Assembly: GCA_000388065.2 (NCBI GenBank)
Contig: KB932201.1
From: Fonticula alba ATCC 38817
Lineage: Eukaryota; Protista; Nucleariida
Direction: 5' to 3' (one strand)
DNA length: 46,232 nucleotides
The position numbers were made by a program, and so were the translations under genes. Positions 8,266 through 20,500 of the stretch are shown here, piece after piece. Under the pieces are notes generated by a model. It did not search any database. It saw nothing but the letters and a program-made list of their open reading frames with translations, and had not been told where the DNA came from. The stretch's first letter is position 1; each line of letters begins with the position of its first letter.

Positions 8266-11200
8266 TTACTCTCTTCTTCCGTCCCGCCCTCCCTCCCCTC
8301 GCGCAGTGCCTGAAGGGCCCGATGGGGGATGTGCCCATTTCACAATATGCGGGAATCTATCTATGGCGCACGCGCGCGCGCGTGTGTGTGTGTATGTGTG
8401 TGTGTGTGTGTGTGTGTGCAAATACATCGTGGAAGGCAGCGTCACCAGGACCGGGCTCCACCGCATGTCGAAGGAGGGGAGCCGGGGACGAACTTGGTCA
8501 CGAGCCGGCGTTGAGGCCGACATCCAGGAAGAAGCCGATGAACACGGGCCGCTGTTGGGGATCTGCCAAGCATCGAGCCACATTCGCGGGCGTGGTGCCG
8601 GGAGCATCATCATTCCAGGTGAGTCACGGACATGGCGGGCTTCGTGCGACTGTCGGGGGTGGGAAAACGCACCGGCGGATGCCGCGGCTGCCGAGGAGGA
8701 GGTCAGCACGATGGTCAGTTGTTGCGAGGCGGCGCCGAGCCGAGGTGCGTCCACGGTCCAGGCGCCGGTCTCCGGCTGGCGGAACAGCCGAGCGACCAGC
8801 CGATGCTTACCGGTGGGAATTCGCTCAATGGCATCGCGTCGGGCGGTGGTCGGGTCGGCGTTGATCAAAATGGCAAAGGTGCCGAGGTTCTTCAGGTACA
8901 CAAAGTAGGTCTCATCCGGGTTGCATCCGGTGGTTGGTGCATCGCCCTGCTCCAAGGGGCGGCGGGTGACGAAGATGGCGCACTGGCGCTTGCTGATCTG
9001 GGCATTCGAAACCGAGATGTCACCTGGCCAGGGACAGGGGAGGAAGCGAACATGTGTGAGGCGGCTGCCGGGGGAACGGCGAGAGGGGGGCAGAGCAGGG
9101 GCGGAGGAAAAGGCCGGCGCAGCGGCAAGGGGCCGACGTACAGCTGGGATCGCGGCCGATGGTCAGCAGACTCTCGCACTGGGCCTCGGCCGGGATCTGG
9201 AGCAGGTCCACCTCGGAGGCGGGGACCGGGGCCAAGTCCAATTCCCGGGCGCTCGTCGGGATGAGACGTCCGGACACCTCATTCAGGGGCCGAATGGCCA
9301 GCTGGATCGGCGGGGGTGTGGGAGGGGCGACCGGCTGGGCCGGCTGGGCCGGCTGGGCCGATGCATTGGGTCGTGTTGGCTGGGCCACCGGACCCGAGAT
9401 CGGGGTCGATGTTGCAGGATGCTGGACGCCCGGCAGGACCGGTGGCGCCGAGGGCACCGGCCGGGGAGGCCGATCAGCTGGCATGGTCTTGGTCGGTGGA
9501 CCGGTCGGACGCACGCGCTTGGTGGACGGAGGAGCCGGGGGCAGGGATGGCGGAAAGTCCGAGGCCGGGGGCTGGGAGGATGGCCCGGCTTCGGGTGTTG
9601 CACTCCCCGGCCGCGGGCGTTTCGGTGTGGCCAGCGGCGCGGGGAAGGTCCCGGAATCGTCGAGAGATGTGTCCACCGGAGCCGAGGCCGGGACCGGAAC
9701 CGGGGCCGGGGATGGACCGGTGGAGGATGTGAAGAGAGGCGCGGGCATAGCTGCACAGGCCATGGCCGGGGGCGCCGGAGAACTCGGCTCCGGGAGGCCG
9801 AAGTGGTGGAAGAGCTCCGACCCGGCAAAGGGGGCCATCATGTCGGGCAAAGCCCAAGAGAGCGGCCCGGCCGAGTCCTGGGACGAGGGGGGCCCCAGGG
9901 CGGAGGCCGCCGCAGAAAGGACACGCCCCGGCTGGCGAGGCTCGAGAAAGCGGAAGAGGTCGCGAAGCTCGACCAACACGGCCGGCTCAGCCTGGGACGA
10001 GGGGAAAGGAGGAGGCCAGCCGAGGTCACTCAAGTCAGTCGAAAGGTGTGCAAGAGCAGGGAAAGGCGACCATGCGCCGTCTCCGGGGGCCGGCGTACCA
10101 CCATCCACGGGTGCAGCAGCACATCCCGAGCGGAGGCCCGCTGCTCGGGATTGACCATCAGCATGTGAGAGATGAGGTGGTGGAGGGAATTCGGACAGAA
10201 GGCACTCGGGCCGGCTGGCCGCGAAGGCCCGAAGGAGTTGGACCGGGCCAGCGGCGCGGCCGTCGGCCGAGGGGCAACCAGTTGCGGACCGGCTCCCGAC
10301 AGGCGGCCTGATGGCTGGGACTCCCCCAGCAGCAGGGCCGGGCTGCTGCTACGGCTGCCGCCCGCGGCACCAGCACCACTGATGGTGCCGTTGCCGAGGG
10401 CGAGATCCCCGGAGAGCGGCCAGTTGATGTTTCCATCGCAAATGCTCCGGAAGAGGTGCTTCATGTCCGGGGGGAAGGGAAGCCGCCCGTCCCCGGCAAC
10501 CGATTGGAACAGCAGAACCCCGAGCGACCAGATGTCCACGGCCTGGGTGTACCCCATGTCGGTTGAGAGCTGCGAGGGGCCGGTGCTCAGGCCGCACCCG
10601 GGGCCAGCGAGCGGTCCAAACATGCGAAAGGCAATTTCAGGGGCTGGCGGTCGTCATCGGAGGAAAGCGGGCAACGCACGGGCAAGCAGCGTAAGGGAGG
10701 GGCGGATGTAGCACAGGGCATGGGCAGCGGTGGGGCCGTCAAGAGACAGCGCAAAGACGGGGGAAGGGGGGAGGAGGGGCGGGGGGGGGGGGGGGGGGGG
10801 TGCGGGGCGCACCGAAATAGATCGGCGTCCCGCAGATGGTCTGCATCAGATTGGCCGGGTTCAGGGGAAGGAGGGCATCATCATCGTCGGTGTTGCTCGC
10901 TGAAAGGCTGCCACCAGGCAGAACCCCGGACTCCACCAGCGCCGGGAGCAGGGGGCTGTTGCCTGCTGGTCGTGAGAGGCCAAAGTCCACCAGCACCAAG
11001 CGGTTGGGGTAGGCTGGCAGGACGTCGCCCACCGGGGCGAACGTGAGCAAAATATTTTGAGGCTTCAAGTCGCGATGGGAAACCCCAAGCGAGTGAAGAT
11101 GCTGGTCACGGGCAAAAGGGGAGGGGGGGGGAGGAGAAGGTGAGCAAGCTGCAGCGATGACGTCTGGGCACTTTTTGAGCTGTGTGTGTGTGTGTGTGTG

Positions 11201-11958
11201 TGTGCGTGCACGCGTGCATGCGTGCATCTGCATGTGTGCCACGCACGAAGAGGGCCATGGCCAGCTGGATGAAGTAGAGCCGCGCAGTGCGGTTGGAGAG
11301 GCGCTTGCCCGGGCTCTGGTCAATGATGCTCTTGAGATCGCCGCCAGGGATGTACTCCATCACCAGGTAATGATTTTTCGGATCCTCACGGTAATTCCGA
11401 AAGCCAACGATATTCGGCTGATGGGGACACGTGCGGACGGGACAAAAGGACACGGAGGAGGTTAGAAGGAGGAGGAGAAGAGAGAGGGGAGGAAAGATGC
11501 GCCATGGGCAGGATGGCCGGCGGGGGGGGGGGGGGGGGGGGCGGGGAACGTACATGGCTCAGCAGACGCAGAATGCCAACCTCGCGTTTCATGGTGCGTG
11601 CCACGGTGTCCGGGTCATTGGAGGTCTTGGATACCACCTTCAGGGCGCAGGCGAGCTGCGATTCGGCGGCCGCTTCATCGAAGCCTGGCCGGCCGGCAGC
11701 ACGCGAGGCTGCCAATGACCGGGAGATGGCCAAATCCAGGCAGCGGTAGACCACGCCGAAGGCCCCGTGGCCGATCTCCTCCCGGACATCGAAGAGCCCG
11801 TTCAGGATCGGGAAGTGCTTGTCATCCTGAGGCACAGGCATGGAGAAAGACCCGAATGCGGCAACCGGCTGCGTGGATGGCGATGACTCGTCGGCCGAGA
11901 AGATGACCAGCTTGAAGACTGGGAGGCATATGGGCTAGGCGTCAGAAGCAGGGCTGTC

Positions 11959-12015
<57 letters not shown>

Positions 12016-12697
12016 TATGGTCACTTGGAGGCAGGGTCCAACATCGCCACGCACATCGGTACTGATTCGCGGTCTGGGGATCTTTGCCGAGGGCAATGAC
12101 GGCGCCGCTTTCGATCGGCTCGCGGCGCTTGCCTACTTCGCGGCCGTCCACAAATGTGCCATTGGTGCTGTGTCACGGCCGAGTTAGCATCAAAGCAGGG
12201 GACAGGGCCAGGGCCAAGGAGAGGGGGAGGGGACGAGCGAACCTGTTGAGATCCTCGATAAACACATCAAAGGGCCCAGTCCGGACGGCCGGGTTCAGCA
12301 ACACCCGGGTCAGCGTGCAATGCCACGAGCTGACATGGGAAAAGGTCTTCGGGATGGAGACATTGGCGCTGGGATTCCGGCCGAAGGTGATCACGTCGTC
12401 ATACAGGTCTGCCACAGGGAGGGTGTCAGCAAGACAGCCAGGCACCGGGGAGTGCGACCCCCCCCCGTGAAAAAAAAAAGAACCAGACATGTGCATGGAT
12501 GTACCGCGAGGCTCGAAGTTTGGCACGATCGGCAGCAGCCGGCCCCAAGGGGGCGTCGGGGCGGCCCAGCCGGCCGCAGGTCGCCGGCTCGGGGCCAGTT
12601 GCGAGATGGGCGCCAGGAAGCTCGGCGTCTCGAGGGATAGAGTCGGCCCGACATGGTCGCCCTGCGAGAGGGCGTTTTGCGAGCCGGCAAAAGGCAT
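8266..12697 (-). CDS. RAD53: CHK2/Rad53-family checkpoint kinase: SQ cluster - FHA1 - CAMK-type Ser/Thr kinase - FHA2 (about 10 exons)
   Basis: Inferred exons 12697-12505, 12408-12243, 12167-12055, 11918-11554, 11417-11247, 11101-10813, 10643-10099, 9991-9142, 9023-8426 and a short uncertain last exon; phases are consistent. FHA1: WGRL..FGRN..SSWHC..EDLNSTNGTFV. Kinase: IGHGAFGVVY, ALKVV, REVGIL, HPNIV, HRDLKPQN, DFG, CGTPIYFAPE, DIWSLG, HPW. FHA2: IGRDPSCD..ISKRQCAIF. The symbol reflects architecture; orthology is untested. Confidence 0.85.
11962..12010. repeat. (GT)n/(CA)n microsatellite in a kinase intron
   Basis: About 24 dinucleotide units. Similar tracts at ~8381-8418, 11182-11203, 16923-16957, 17418-17452, 44901-44916. 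Confidence 0.95.
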
Positions 12698-13429
12698 GGC
12701 AGGAAAAGCGGGACGTGTGCCCGAGGGCTATCCACCGGGTGAAAGCCAGTGGGCGCCCGAGAGCTGCGTCGGTGAGGGGCGTATGGCGGGCAGGGGGGGG
12801 GGGGGAAGGACGGTGGTAGGGCTGGCAAGAAAGAGAGTCCACAGAGGCAAGTGGCGGCAGTGGCGCGAGAGACACAAGCGCCGAGAAGCGACAGCAGCGG
12901 GCGTAAGGGAAGAAGGAGGCGGCGGGCGTAAGGGAAGGAGGACGCATTTGCCGTCGATCGCCCTCGGCGGGTTCCCCAGCGGGGGGCAGCCTGCCCTTGA
13001 TGCCTGCAGCGTTCCGCCGGGTGATCTCCCGGACCCAGGGGGTGTCGCCGTCCCCGGGCGTCGGTTTCGGGGACCCCCCGGGCGCACGATCGTCCGGTCG
13101 CACGTCGGGGCTGCGGCTTGTGCAAGCTGGGGCTGCGGTCGCCGACGGACGCTCACAGGCACTCTCCCCCACAGACACACACGCATGCGCATGCACGCAT
13201 GTACGCGGCGCCCACCCCCGGCATCTGCCCGGATGGCGGGACGGGGCAAGACGGCCGGCCCTCTTCCAAGTCCCAACGGTCGCCCGATCGTTACAATTTG
13301 AAATGCCGGCCCAGTGGCGTGGCCCTCCCCGGACGGGGGGGGGGGGCCATAACAGATTGCACCCCCTGTCTCCCTTAGTCCTCGTCTCATCGCGTGCTCT
13401 TTCTTCCTTGCCCCCCCCCCCCCCCCCCC

Positions 13430-13504
13430 NNNNNNNNNNNNNNNNNNNNNNNNNNNNNNNNNNNNNNNNNNNNNNNNNNNNNNNNNNNNNNNNNNNNNNN
13501 NNNN
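13430..13504. other. Assembly gap (75 N) inside a poly-C tract
   Basis: N-run flanked by C homopolymers in the divergent intergenic region. Confidence 0.95.
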
Positions 13505-13595
13505 CCCCCCCCCCCCCTGCACCTTCCCTTGTTCCCACCCCTCTCCTCCTCCCTCTTTCCCCTACTCCGAATCACCCTTGCGCGGCTGATTCACC

Positions 13596-16250
13596 ATGTC
13601 GGACGACGTGACGGAGTCCCTACGGTCGCTGATACCGGCGGACGCGCCGGCCGGTGCGCCGGGCGGCCGGCATGTCTGGCGTGTGCCAGCAGCGCTGGCC
13701 GCCTCGTCGGCGGCCGGCCCCGGGCGGGCAAACGTCGGCGGGGTCCTTGGCACCGCCGACAGCGAGCTGGGCGATGCCTCGCTCGATGAGACCTACTATG
13801 CGCGGTTGATGCGGCAGGTGGAGGCTACCAGCGGGCCGCCGCCGAAACGCGGCCGCGGCCGACCGCGCAAGGAGGGCGTCCTCCGGCCGCCGACTCGACG
13901 CATGCGACACCTGGGCCCAGACCGCCGGGCGGCCATTGATCTGTCCTCCTCCGAGGGGGAGGAAGACCCCAATGACATGCTGGAGTCCCTTGGGAGGCTG
14001 CATGCGGCGGCGCGCGCGGCAGCCAACCCCGGGGATCTGGTTCCGCCGATGGACCGGCTGGCCCGGCTGGATGAGCTGGCCCGGCAGCCGTCCCGGAAGC
14101 GGGCGCGCGGCGGCCCGGAGCCCGGTGCCACCAAGGTGACGGGCCTATTGCGCAAGGCCGTCACTGCGGCCGGCCTAAAGTCCCGCCCCGGGGCCCGGCC
14201 CCCCGGCGCCGGTCCGGACACCGGGCCCGAGGAGGCCGACGCCAGCAATGATACCGCCTCCAGCGGCGAGGACACCGAGGTCACCGAGGAGGAGGCCAGC
14301 GAGTATGACGAAGAGGAGGACGAGGAGGAGGAGGAGGAGGAGGAGGACGAGGAGGAAGCGGAGGAAGAAGAGGAGGATGGCGGCAACGACGATGAGCCGA
14401 CCTCTTCCTCGCCCGCTCCCGAGGACCCCAACGATGAGGAGGATGGCGGCTACTTCGCCAACCTCGGTCGGTCATCCACCACCCCCAGCAACACCCTCAG
14501 CAAGTGGCCGGCGCTGGATCCGGCCGTACTACAGGTGCGCACGCGTGGCCGGCGTCCGGTTTCTGCCCCTTTCTTTTGCCTCCCCCCTCGCCACCCCGGC
14601 GCCTGCTGCGGCGGTCTCCAGGGACGAGAGATGCTCACACCGCCCGGCGATTTGCCCCTCCCGACCCGGCTGGCATCCGGCAGAGTGCCCTGTCGACGGC
14701 CACCGACGGCCTGTTCGATGGGCACCGTGCGGCCCTGGTCGATGCCATCGGCAGCGAGGACGCCTTCAGCACCTGGCTGGGGGGCCTGCGTGCCGGGTTT
14801 TCGCAGCTGCTCTTCGGCTTCGGGTCCAAGCACCGGCTGCTCGAGCGTTTCGCCGACTGGGCCGCGGACCGGTGTCCGGCCGCGTGCGTGGTGGAGATCA
14901 ATGGTTTCTTCCCGCTGGTCAACGTGCGTGGCCCTTGCCTGCTCGGCGCTCTGTCCCCCTCCTCCAGTGGTCTCTGGCTCTTGGTGGGCGCTTCTTCCCG
15001 GTGACTGACCCTGCTGCTCGCGGCTGCTCATCCTCCCCTCCCCGCCCTCAGTTTCGTGCCGTGTTGGCGGGCATCCTCTCGCTGCTGGAGATCCCGCACT
15101 CGGTTCAGCCGCCGCCGCAATTCAAGCATGTCGCCGACCAGGCGGACTACATTGCCAGCTACTTCAACCGCTTTTGCGACCTCGGGTGTGTCATGCCTCT
15201 CTCTCTCTCTCTCTCTTTCCTGCCTGCCTGCATTCGTGCTTGGTCTTTTTTTCCCTCCTCACACAAGCGCCATCCGGCCGGCCAGGCTCATCATCGTGGT
15301 GCACAACATCGACGGGCGTGGGCTTCGGACGACCGTCACTCAAAATGCCCTTGCAGTACTGGCCGCCTCGCGCGGCATCGGCGTCATCGCCTCGGCCGAC
15401 CACATCAGTACCCCTCTCCTGTGGGACACGGCTTCGATCACCAAGTGCGTCGCCGGCCGCCGGGCCAGCCGGCCTATTCCTCGCCACCTTTCGCGCCCCC
15501 TATTGACTTGGCTTTTTTCCTCGCCCCCGGCCGGCGCTAGGTTCAACTGGATTTGGCGCGATGCCACCACCTACTGTCCCTACATGGCGGAGATATCCTT
15601 CGAGGGGAGTGTCATCGGTGCGCTTCCCGCTTGTTTTTTTTTTTTTTTGATCGCGAGCCATGGGGATGCCCCTTCTAACGGCCGGCCCCCGGCCATGCGC
15701 CAAATCAGGACGCAAGACCGAACTTTCGATCCAGGGCGCGGCCTTTGTCATGCGCAGCATGACCGCCCTCACGCGGGAAATCTTCCTCCTGCTGGCCGAG
15801 CAGCAGCTGGAGCGCATGCGTGCGGCCGGCGGTGGTGGCGATGGCGCTGGCAGCCAGGACAGCTCGGGGGCCGTGGACTCCCGGCCCCGCAGCGCCCGGG
15901 CGCACTCCCACCACCCGGCGCGCTTTGGCCTGCCCTTCGATGTCCTCTTCCTGGCGGCGGCTGACGCTTTCTTGGTCAGCTCGGAGCAGCGCCTGCATGA
16001 GCAGCTGAAGGAGTTCATTGACCACCGGCTGGTGGTGGTCCACCGGCTGTCCGGCCTCGGGAGTTCCGGCACCGGCGGCGGGGGGGGCTCCATCGATGCG
16101 GCCGGGCTTGGCACCGGTGCCGGCGGCGAGGACCTCTCCCTGGCGGTGATGGCTGCGGCGGCCGGCAGCCTCGGGGCCACGGATGTGTTGTACATCCCGC
16201 TGGATGCGGACGCCCTGTCTCAGGTGATCTCCCAGACACGCGCCATGTAA
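13596..16250 (+). CDS. ORC2: Origin recognition complex subunit 2 (6 exons) with N-terminal AT-hook and acidic tract
   Basis: Exons 13596-14534, 14684-14923, 15052-15185, 15286-15444, 15541-15617, 15709-16250; GT-AG, phases consistent. ORC2 motifs: GFSQLLFGFGSKHRLLERF, VEINGFFP, VVHNIDG..LR, IASADHISTPLLWD, FNWIWRDATTYCPY, and winged-helix FLVSSEQRLHEQLKEFIDHRLV. Confidence 0.95.
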
Positions 16251-16856
16251 TAGACACATGCTGCTATTAGTTGGGAGCCAGGGCGGGCCGTCCGGTGGGA
16301 CTTTCTCGGCAGCCGGCCCTTGACTGACCACCGACCTTGGTGGTGGTGGTGGCGGTGGTGGTGGTGGTGGGCGGCTCCGGGCATGCTGTTTGCTGCCCTG
16401 CGTCGGCGTGCGGCCGGCAAAGGGGGGCCGCTCGCTCGGGCTTCCTTCTTCAGGACACCGAGCCGGGGGCTTGGGGGGTCGTGTGGCGGGTGCCCAGCAG
16501 GCGAGTTGGTTGTTCTCCGTGCTGGACCGGCCCGCGCCCGGCGTGGTCAGCCCGCCTTTATGCCGCCCCTTCAAGGAGGGATGGCAAATGCGCCGGGCCA
16601 GTCCCCCCCCCCCCCCCCCCGCGTCCTCGGAGGGGAACAGGGTCGCAGGGGGTGCGCGCGTATGCGGGGCCGGGTTTTTCCCGGCACGTTACCACTCGTG
16701 TCCCTTCGTCCTCCAGCCGCAGGTGCTGCCTCGTCGCGGGGGGCGCCCCTCTCTCCCCCCGGTGGGGATCGACAAGCGGGTGGGTGTCCGGACTCTGTGA
16801 TCGCCCGCTGGCGCGTGCTCATAAACAAACACTCGCGCGGAGGGTGTGGCTGAAAT

Positions 16857-16862
16857 AATAAA
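16857..16862 (+). promoter_or_regulatory. Candidate polyadenylation signal (AATAAA) for ORC2
   Basis: AATAAA in a short AT-rich patch about 600 nt after the ORC2 stop. Confidence 0.4.
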
Positions 16863-16919
16863 CAACACGGGTTGAGGGCGTGCCGCAAGCCAGGGCCCTT
16901 GCAAAGGAGCAAACATACA

Positions 16920-16963
<44 letters not shown>

Positions 16964-17420
16964 GGCATGCGTGTTGGGTTGTGTCTCGCCGCTCCGGTTT
17001 CTGCACTTGGGGCCCCTCGCATCACCGGCCGATCCCCCCGCCCCCGCCCCCCCCCCCCCGGCTGCCCGGGTCAACACATTCCTTCGCGTTGGAACGACAC
17101 AGATCCATCAGCCTCGGGGAGTGGATCGATGACTCTTTCCCTCTTTCTCTCTCTCCTCTCAGGCGACTTTTCTGAGGATAGAGACAGAAACCCTTCCCCC
17201 CCCCCGGGCCCCCTCTCTGGCGCCCTGTAGCGGGCTCCCCCCGGCGCCTTCCCCCCCCCCCGCCTCTCTCTCTCTCCCCCCCCCCCCTGCTGCGCTCTTG
17301 GGCTTCTGTCTTTTGCTCATCCCGCCCCTGCCTCCCTCCCCTGGCCGCTCGTCTTTTGTCCATCCCGGCTCCTTCGCGCCACCCGACCAGACCGCCAGGA
17401 GCAAGCGGGCGCGCGCGCGT

Positions 17421-17452
<32 letters not shown>

Positions 17453-17542
17453 GCGGCCGATCATTGTTCTCCCCCATTTGCCCTTGCCTGAGTCCCTTCC
17501 TTGCGCCTGGCCTTCGCCCTGGCCCCTCGTCCTCGGTCGCCG

Positions 17543-20500
17543 ATGCCCTCGGAGCCGGGCAGCCCGATGACCGGCAGCAACGGGTCTCTGAACCGCGTGC
17601 CACCGGCGGTGGACATCCCCCGGTCGCCGGCATCCCCGCACTGGATGGAACGCTCGCCGGAGGCCAGTCCGCCCGGCGTGGGCGGCAGCCCGATCGGGCC
17701 TGGCGGTGGGATGTCGTATCCCGACTCTCCGGCCGGCTCGGGGGCCCCCTGGTGGCCGGAGACCGGCCCCGGGGGTAGCACATCGGACCTGTCCGATGCC
17801 GGCTGGTCGCCGGGCGACGACGATCCCACCGGCAGCCGGGCGGCCATGGACTCGGCGTCCTCGGCCACACCCATGACCACCGTTCCGGCGGCCTTTGTCA
17901 CGGTCTCTCCGCAGGACTTCTTGCAATACCACCGAGCGCCTGGCTCGCGCTCGGACATGACCAACTACGGGTCGCACATGCCGGCCGGGACGGTGCAATT
18001 CTTCACCGACTCGGCCGTGCGCCCCTGGCGGGACTACTTCCTTCGGTTGGAGTTCTCCCGCGACACTGCCCTTCCCCACCTGGCGCTATACCCGAGGCTG
18101 AAGTCGCGGTGCGTGGTGGATGCACCCTGCGCGGCCGCGTCGTCACACGCGCCCCCACGCGCCCGCTCGCCCGCCCGCTCGTTCGCTCGCTCGCTCGCCT
18201 GCCGACACACATGTATACTCACTCACTCGCTCGCTTGCCCACGCGCACGGACACGTACCTAAACGCTTACATCCACCCACACACGTGCATACACTCGTGT
18301 GTACGCGCGCGCGCGCGCGCGCACACGCACCGCCAATTCGGGCCCCCCTCTCCGTGGCCCCTTCCTCCTCTTCTCCGGTCCTCCCCCCCCCCCTCCCCCT
18401 GGGATGTCCTGGTCCCCCATGCGACCGACCATGCCCCAGTCACCCGACCATCATCCCCCTATTTTCGGCATTGAGAATTTTCCTGCATGGCACCCCGCCA
18501 CCCGGGGCATCGGTCCAGCTGCGTGACTGCTACTCGGCCGGGGTGCCGGATGTGCCCCCGCCACGGAACATGAGCCACTCGCACATGTTTGCCATCCAGA
18601 CAGCCGGGCACCTGCATCACTTCTGCTCAGTCGACATGGCCGAGTCCTGGGTTCTGGCCCTGCGGCAGCTGCGCGCGACTGCCCGCTTCCGGGTGCTCGG
18701 CCCGCCGCGCGATGTACGCCCCTCGGCTTTGCTGGTGCCGCGTCGCCTTGCCCCCCCTCCCCCCCCTCGACCTCCGGATTGACCTTGCACTCACGCCTGG
18801 GGCTGTATGACCGGTTTCCCGGTTGTCTCCGCCCGCGATGCAGCCCCCCCCGCGGGCGGCGTACTATCTCCCGCCGGCAGCCCAAGCAGAGCCGGCCGTG
18901 GCCCCGGCCGCCGAGAGCCCGCTTCCCTCGCCTGCTCCCGGTGCCGGCGATCTCCAAGTCCCGGTGTTCTTCTTGCCGCCGCACCGCCTGACCGGCGACC
19001 AAATGGTGTGTCGGCTTTCTCCCTGCCCCCCCCTCCCCCCCCCCTCCCTCCCCCTGCGGCGATCCGCCTTGTCACATTCACTGACAGAAGGTGGCCCACT
19101 TGGCCGAACGCTCGCCGGCCCCCTGTCAGGTCTCCCTGCGCGTTGGCCTCTCGGTCATCCGGGCCGCGGCAGCCGACCTGGCCAGCCCGCTGCACCCACC
19201 TGCCTTCCATTTCCTGGACCCGCTGGAGGAGAGCATCCCGGCGTCGGACTGGCCCTTCGAGTGCCAGCTCTTCAAGCACCTGCCGATGAGCATGCTCTGC
19301 AGCAGCTCGGCCACCCTGGTCGAGAGTATCGTCACCAACCTCTACTTCCACTTTGCATCCTTCATTGCCTCCTGGAGCGCGTCGACGGGGGACAGGCCGG
19401 TGGCGGAGCGTGGCGCGGCCGCCTCTCGCTCGCAAGCAGCCGGCACCAGCAGCCTGGAGGATGCCCTGCAGTCGGCCCTGCGAGGGTCCGACGTCTCCAC
19501 CGATGACGAGACCTTCGGTGGCCCCGGCTCGGACCTGGCGCCCGAAGACATTCCGCACACCACCGAGGGCCATTTCGATGCCTTTGCCGACAGCCACCTC
19601 TTCGACAGTTTGCTGCTCAACTCCTCCCTGGATGAGACCGTCGGCAAAGTCCGTGCTTCCTGGCGTCTGGTTGCCTTCACGGCTGCCTCGCAATCCTGTG
19701 CGCCGGGCTGCTCTCCCTTGTCTTTTTTTTTCGCCCCCCCCTCCCCTTTTTTACCTCGCGCGCTTGCGCTTGAGTGCCGGGCCCGCGACTGACGCTCCCC
19801 TGGCCGCCTCCGCCTCCGCCTCCGCCTCCGATGCCGCCAGTCCTGTCGATCACGGACCTGGTCAATCGCGTAAACACCGACATCCTGGCATTGGTCTTTG
19901 TGCCGGTGGACCCGCTGTTTGACAGTGTGGCTCTCATCCCGTTGTCCTTTAGCCGGTCCCATCCATGCTTCCAGGACACTGGGTGCGCCTTTTTACCCTC
20001 GCCCCCCCCCCTCCTCCTCCCCTTGAGGCTGCCGATGCTCCCCTCGAGTGGCTTTGAGGAAGGCTTCCCCGACTGACCTCCCCCTCCGATGCTGCCTCGC
20101 CCGCCCGCCCGCCCGTGCGCCTGATTGTCCCGGCCGTCAGGGGGTCCGAATCGCCGACCGACGGGACGATCTGCTCCTGTGCGCTGGATTCGCTGTCGCG
20201 CCTGCCCCTGCCGGTGTCCACCCTGCAGCGGCTCCTTCAAGCCTCCCCGGGGTCGATCTCCTGTCCGGAGGGGGCCGTATCGTCGGTGGGGGCCATTTGC
20301 GAGCGCAGTCGCGATGTCTTCCTGGTGCTGCGCATGCGAGCGCCGGTCGGGCTGCCGCCCGTGTCGGCCATGATCCCCGAGCAGCCGGTCTCCTCGCGCA
20401 ACCCCACCCCCCTGGCATATGCCCAGCGGATGGGTGCCCTGCCGGTGACCGGCGACCTGGCCCTGCGGGCGGTTGGGCTGGCCGGGCTGCTTGGCCAGCC

